Shown here piece by piece: positions 61,207 through 64,000 of a stretch of 64,000 nucleotides of DNA. A model generated the notes under the pieces. The model made no database searches. It had not been told where the DNA came from and was given only the letters and a program-made list of their open reading frames with translations. The stretch is from Squalus acanthias. Lineage: Eukaryota. Both the position numbers and the translations under genes were made by a program. The first letter of the stretch is position 1; each line of letters begins with the position of its first letter. Location of the stretch: assembly GCA_030390025.1 (NCBI GenBank), contig CM059431.1:123196001-123260000 (forward strand), in the 5' to 3' direction.

Positions 61207-63795
61207 ACAGTCTCTCATGGAGGAAAACTTCAGAAAGGAGACAAGCCTGAGGGATAGCATTCGTAGTTGCTGATCCACAGGCAACATTAGTGCAGCATGA
61301 CTGAACGACAGTCTCTATGTGCAGGTAATTAGCATTCCTCAAAATATCCTTATCTGTTGGAAACTGGAGTTAATCCTGTTTCCGTTCACATTACAGATAT
61401 ATTTAATCTCGCCTCAAGAAGAGGGCTGGAATATCATGTTGATTTCCTTACGGAGCCTGTTCAGTCTCAGCTACGTCTGACCTAACACATGGCACCTGCA
61501 CAATGAGACTAACAGCCACCTGAATGGAAAACAGCCACAACCCCTGACCCCTGGTTCCTCCTTACCCAAGTAAAATGGTAGCCAGTCCAATACAGTGAAG
61601 GCAGTTACACATGCAGATGCAACTGAATACGTCTTATAGTCTCACCCTCCAAACAATTATGTTCAAAGCTCTGAACCAACCAACCAAAAATCAATCAAAA
61701 ACCTGATTTACAGGCCAGGAGACTGGACGGCAAGTCATACCAGACAGCCTTGAAGGATCCCAAGGCAATCACTTAGTGAAACATCTGCACATTGATCATG
61801 TCATCTTAGATTAGGCATGTATTTTACTCTAAATGTTCCAAGAGCTGAAAGACTCCTTATTTTTATGGGAGTTGAATCACATGGCCATATAGCTACCGGG
61901 AGTGTAACAATGAAACTCCCTTGCGATCTGGACCTGATCTTTACCTCTTACGTATATGTACTTTAATGTCACTGAAGGCAGGCCAGGTTAACACTAGATG
62001 AGGTGATATTTGGTTAAATTTGTAAGCTGCTCTATTTCACAGTAAGGTGAAAAGTAAAGAACAATCGGTATGATCAGTCACTTAGTTCACTCGGTACAAC
62101 TTATATTCATATAATGATACAAGTTAAAGAAAACAAGACACGACCCCCATTTAATGGGTCATCATATTTTAACTTAAACAGAATAACCTCTCTGCTTTCT
62201 GACTTAGAGTCCCAGGGTAGAACCACAGTCTCTTTGTGGCCTTTTGTTGCCTGACTATCTGTGTAGCCCTGCTTCCAAAAATGGTCTTTCTTGGTGTCTG
62301 TGTTTAGCTTTATTCCTCACTGTTCAGTAAGGGAGAGATAAAAGTCCTCCCAACATAATGGGTTTGGGTAGAATTTTCACAGATGTTCTCCCTCCATAAT
62401 GCCATGTCTCTGGGGTTTCCTCTGATCTTCTGACAAAGTTATGTGAGAGATTTGGAGCACCACACAGTAATTCTACTTTTTTATCTCTTACAGAGACAAG
62501 TCATTGAATCATTTATTATTTGGCCTCTGGGAAAAACAACTTCCGATTAGTATATTAATCACATTCCATTGGACTTTGGATTCACAACCTAACATGAGGC
62601 TGTCCTGAAAAATGAACCGCGTTAATGTAAGCTTTAACACAAAACACATTTTAAAATAATTCATATCTAGATCCATACTGTGGAAAAATGGCCGAAGAAT
62701 CCTGGAACATGACAGTAGTGCTTTTCCTTTGAAGAGTGTAGCCCCAACAAATCACGAGTGTAGCTTTTTTTTTAATACACCTATCGAAATTTCCTGCATA
62801 ATGTTCACATCATCTGAGTGTTGATTTCACTATTCTGCCATTCTGCTGTTTCTTATGACAAATGATCTACCAACTAGGACAGATCCCAGTGGAGTTTTGA
62901 CATTATGTGTGCAGTGTCCTAGTTTTTGCCATGCTGGATTAGCTACTGTCTACCTCAAGAACATAATGATAGACACAATACAAAATCCATCATTACTCAT
63001 GTCCCCAGTGAGCAACTCCATTTTGACATCTTTTGAGTCTTGAAAGATACAAATCTTGGCAGAAATATAACAATTTGTAGACAATTAAGTAAAATTGCTA
63101 TCATTCAAGATTTTAATAACGGCATTGTTCCCGTAGGACTTGTGGGTAACACGACTAAATGACCACAAAACGCGAATGGAGTTTTAATATCAGGATTTAG
63201 ATGCTTTTTACAACCTATCAGTCGAGAAAATAACATGTTTTAACTTACCAAACTTTAGAATAAAAGAATAATAAAGTATTGTATTTTCTATTTAATGGAC
63301 GCTGTCAGTGCTATTATACATTACATAGTTAACACTTTCTCAAACGGCAATACATGCTCTTGGGAATTCAGAATAAAAAATAACATCCACCAGGGATGTA
63401 ATTTTTGATCTTTGACAAGCACAAGGAATGGAGCATGAAGTGTGAAAAATAGAAAATCCTTGTTCTCACAGTTGGAAATAAAAGCATGCTGGGTGCTGTG
63501 AACCAGTGTTTCTAATATGCCAAGTCCAGCTGCTGCACTTACATTCTCGTAATTTCCCTTTAGATAATGTTTACACATATTTTTACACAGCATGTTTTTT
63601 TTTCTTCGAACTTAATATGATGTGTATGTGAAAGAGTTTAAGGATGTAGAGCCAGAGATACTCTCACAACTATCAGAGGCTATTACTTTCTCCATTCCAC
63701 CTGAGTCGTAATATTAGTTAACCCATTCATTGAGTTATGTAACTATTTCAATGACATGTACAATAAAATGTATTCTGTTCAATTCACTAAATATG

Positions 63796-63950
63796 AACAG
63801 AAAATGCTGGAAACACTCAGCAGCATCTGTGGAGCGAGAAACAGAGTTAACGTTTCAGGTCTGTGACAGACCTGAGACAGATGCTGCTCGACCTGCTGAG
63901 TATTTCCAGAATTTTCTGTTTAGATTTCAGATTTCCAGCATTTTGCCTTT
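63796..63950. mobile_element. Short inverted Penelope-like terminal-repeat remnant
   Basis: aacagaaaatgctggaaa...ctcagcag ... ctgctgagtatttccagaattttctgtt arms, same family as 55808-57808. Confidence 0.65.
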
Positions 63951-64000
63951 TGCATCAATTCACTTTATGCTAGGAAACAAGTAGTTTATAAAAGAGTCAT

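Overview
Repeat-dense vertebrate DNA, most likely from a cartilaginous fish (inferred from Deu-domain SINEs, CR1/L2 LINEs, Penelope-like remnants and PIF/Harbinger transposons with MITEs). I recognised no host gene exon. The centrepiece is a young, structurally intact 9.2-kb endogenous retrovirus-like element (30792-39975). It has two near-identical ~1.63-kb TG...CA LTRs, a 4-bp AGAG target-site duplication inside an L2, a PBS, a PPT, an intact gag (coiled coil, PSAPPSY late domain, MHR, CCHC) and an intact env, but no pol. Instead, the gag stop lies in a UGA-CUAG readthrough context and continues in frame into a ~347-codon non-enzymatic ORF. The 783-aa env is not a gamma- or beta-type Env: it resembles a paramyxo/pneumovirus-F-like class I fusion protein (the lokiretrovirus-type Env) with an added N-terminal Ig-like domain. 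A much older, decayed env of the same family lies at 311-1830 (minus strand). Other items: a ~62-copy 45-bp CpG-rich minisatellite, a 120-bp perfect palindrome, Penelope hammerhead-ribozyme motifs and several Harbinger relics. All family assignments are by eye from motifs; no database searches were run.
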